From: Bacteroidota bacterium
GTDB taxonomy: Bacteria > Bacteroidota > Bacteroidia > Palsa-965
Direction of reading: 5' to 3'
NCBI GenBank assembly: GCA_013289095.1
Contig: JABDAO010000001.1
Span: 31,223-95,222 of the forward strand
Length of the DNA stretch: 64,000 nucleotides
Made by a program: the position numbers and the translations under genes. Positions 62,065 through 64,000 of this stretch are shown here, piece by piece (the stretch's first letter is position 1; each line of letters opens with the position of its first letter). The notes under the pieces were generated by a model. It ran no database searches and was not told where the DNA came from. It saw only the letters and a program-made list of their open reading frames with translations.

Positions 62065-64000
62065 CTAAATGGGTTGAGAAAATGTATTTGGAATACTGCC
62101 TTCGTCATAGAATTCGCTGCCGGCATCTTCGGGGTTGAGTGAAACCGATTTAAAGTCTGTTTTTCGTTGAACGGAAGCAAAGACAACAGGCAAGACCAGC
62201 AGTGCGGCAAAAGTGGAAGCAACCAACCCACCTATTACAGCAATACCGAGCGGGGCTGATTGTTCTCCTCCTTCTGTAAGGCCGCTTGCCATCGGCAACA
62301 TGCCTGCCACCATGGCAACGGTAGTCATTATGATCGGCCTCAACCTTACCGCTCCCGACACCCGTGCTGCCGTAAATGCATTTTGGTATTTCATCCTCAG
62401 CTGTTCGGCATTGGTTATCATCAGCACCGCATTGGCCACCGACACGCCCACCGACATAATAATACCCATATACGATTGCAGGTTCAGCGTACAACCTGTC
62501 ATCACCAGCAACAAAACAGAACCCGCCAATACGGCAGGTATCGTAACGAGAATTACAGATGCCACCCGGAACGACTGAAAATTGGCGGAGAGCAATAAAA
62601 AGATCACCACAATGGCCAGCAACAAACCCGACTGCAGGCTTGAGAGTGTTTCCTGCAACAATTTCACAAGACCTTTGAGCTCAACCACCGCTCCCCGCGG
62701 TGGTTTACCCGCCTTTGTAATGGCTGTAGCCACATCGGCCGCAGCTGTGCCTAAATCTTTTTTAAAAATATTGGCCGAGACGGTTATGATCCTTCTTGGC
62801 CCAGCCCTGTCATATTCGGCCGGAACGGTATCGGCCTTTATTTCGGCTACATCGCCCAGTGTTGGCCTCAGCTGGGTGGGCACCAACGGAATATTTTCGA
62901 GATCGGCAACCGATTGCATTTGATATTCGGGCAGCTGCACCTGCACCTGATAGGCAAATCCTTTGCGTGTATCAAGCCAGAAATTTTTTTCCGTAAACCG
63001 GCTGGATGAGGTGGCCACCACCAGCGATTTTGCCACTTCATCAGGGTTAAGCCCCATTTGCGCAACCCGCTCCCGGTCCATCTTGATGTTCAGGATCGGG
63101 TAACGGAGCGGTTGATTGATACGTATGTCGCGCAGGTATTCAATCTTATTCAATTCGTTGATCACTTTCAAGGCATAGCGCTGTCCGTCATCCAGGTCTT
63201 TCCCGCCTATGACTATCTCAATCGGGGTGAGGGCTCCCTGGCTCATGATCTTATCGGTGAGCTCAATGGGTTCGAACGAAAGATGCACATCTTTCAACAG
63301 CAGTCCTGCCTTCTGACGGATACGGTCTTTGAGCTCGTCCAGATTATCAACATGATAGGCGTGATCCAGATCAATCTGCAACACGGCTTCATGCGGGCCC
63401 GAGTTAAACACATACAAGGTATTGGTCCCATAACTGGAAGGGGTGTTGCCAATAAAGGCCGAAGTGATGGCCACATTTTCTTTTCCAACCAGACTTTCGA
63501 TGATATGCGTTACGGCAATCACACGGTCTTCGGTACGCTCAATACGCATGCCCGGCGGGCACACCACACGTATCTGAAACTGTCCTGAATGCCAGAGCTT
63601 GGGCATCATGTCTTTTCCGATCAGCAACACACCGCTGATCAGTACCGCGATACTGACAATGAAATAGAACCCGATTACTTTTTTCCGGTTGTTGAGGCAC
63701 TTATCCAGTATACCCAGGTATTTTAGTTTAAACCGCTCGAAGAGCGAGATCTTGGCTGGGTTTTTATGTTCGAAATTTTCCATCCGCTGTTCTTCATTGC
63801 CGCTCAGATCGGGCAGGATTTCGAGTGCATGCACCGAATGAACAGCATGTCCTTTCAGCCACCAATTGCCCAACACAGGCACGAGCGTTTGCGACAGGAG
63901 GAAGGAAGCCAGCATCGAGAACCCGACGGCAAGCGACAAGGGAAGAAACATGCCCCGGGGTACTCCTGTCATTAGAAATGCGGGCGCAAAGACAGCCAGG
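62065..64000 (-). CDS. RND efflux permease, 5' part outside the window
   Basis: FLPLSLAVGFSM.AS..LSQTLVP, ANFQS, GVSVANAVL, RLRPIIMT, LGIAVIGGL. Confidence 0.93.
   Translation of the reverse strand, partial: LAVFAPAFLMTGVPRGMFLPLSLAVGFSMLASFLLSQTLVPVLGNWWLKGHAVHSVHALEILPDLSGNEEQRMENFEHKNPAKISLFERFKLKYLGILDKCLNNRKKVIGFYFIVSIAVLISGVLLIGKDMMPKLWHSGQFQIRVVCPPGMRIERTEDRVIAVTHIIESLVGKENVAITSAFIGNTPSSYGTNTLYVFNSGPHEAVLQIDLDHAYHVDNLDELKDRIRQKAGLLLKDVHLSFEPIELTDKIMSQGALTPIEIVIGGKDLDDGQRYALKVINELNKIEYLRDIRINQPLRYPILNIKMDRERVAQMGLNPDEVAKSLVVATSSSRFTEKNFWLDTRKGFAYQVQVQLPEYQMQSVADLENIPLVPTQLRPTLGDVAEIKADTVPAEYDRAGPRRIITVSANIFKKDLGTAAADVATAITKAGKPPRGAVVELKGLVKLLQETLSSLQSGLLLAIVVIFLLLSANFQSFRVASVILVTIPAVLAGSVLLLVMTGCTLNLQSYMGIIMSVGVSVANAVLMITNAEQLRMKYQNAFTAARVSGAVRLRPIIMTTVAMVAGMLPMASGLTEGGEQSAPLGIAVIGGLVASTFAALLVLPVVFASVQRKTDFKSVSLNPEDAGSEFYDEGSIPNTFSQPI

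Overview
A 64-kb chromosomal segment of a Bacteroidota bacterium. The evidence is TAnnTTTG promoters, porX, two T9SS cargo proteins, a fused lpxC-fabZ and the TPR/beta-barrel gene pair. Most genes are housekeeping or envelope genes: queE, kmo, murB, gyrB, mdh, aroB, proline dehydrogenase, ald, tsaE, porX, HD protein, lpxC/fabZ, lpxA, efp, lpxD-like, wzx/wzz/wzz/O-antigen ligase, hutU and an RND pump. I saw no rRNA, tRNA, CRISPR array, transposase or phage gene. The unusual signal is intergenic. Two ~0.9-kb transposase-free insertions (11476-12403 and 32388-33257) share conserved, asymmetric ~21-bp ends and are each flanked by a perfect 8-bp target-site duplication. Their interiors are unrelated, except that each carries a tandem array with strict 21-nt periodicity. 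A third, unrelated 21-nt array lies at 47781-48032. Further small non-autonomous elements are present, some nested inside others. Other points of interest are a signal-peptide ORF ending in RAPP (candidate ribosome-arrest peptide), an EF-P with PGNLR in place of PGKG, and an overlapping GNAT/class-V PLP enzyme pair that may be a split fusion. All calls come from reading the sequence and recalling family motifs; no database search was run.
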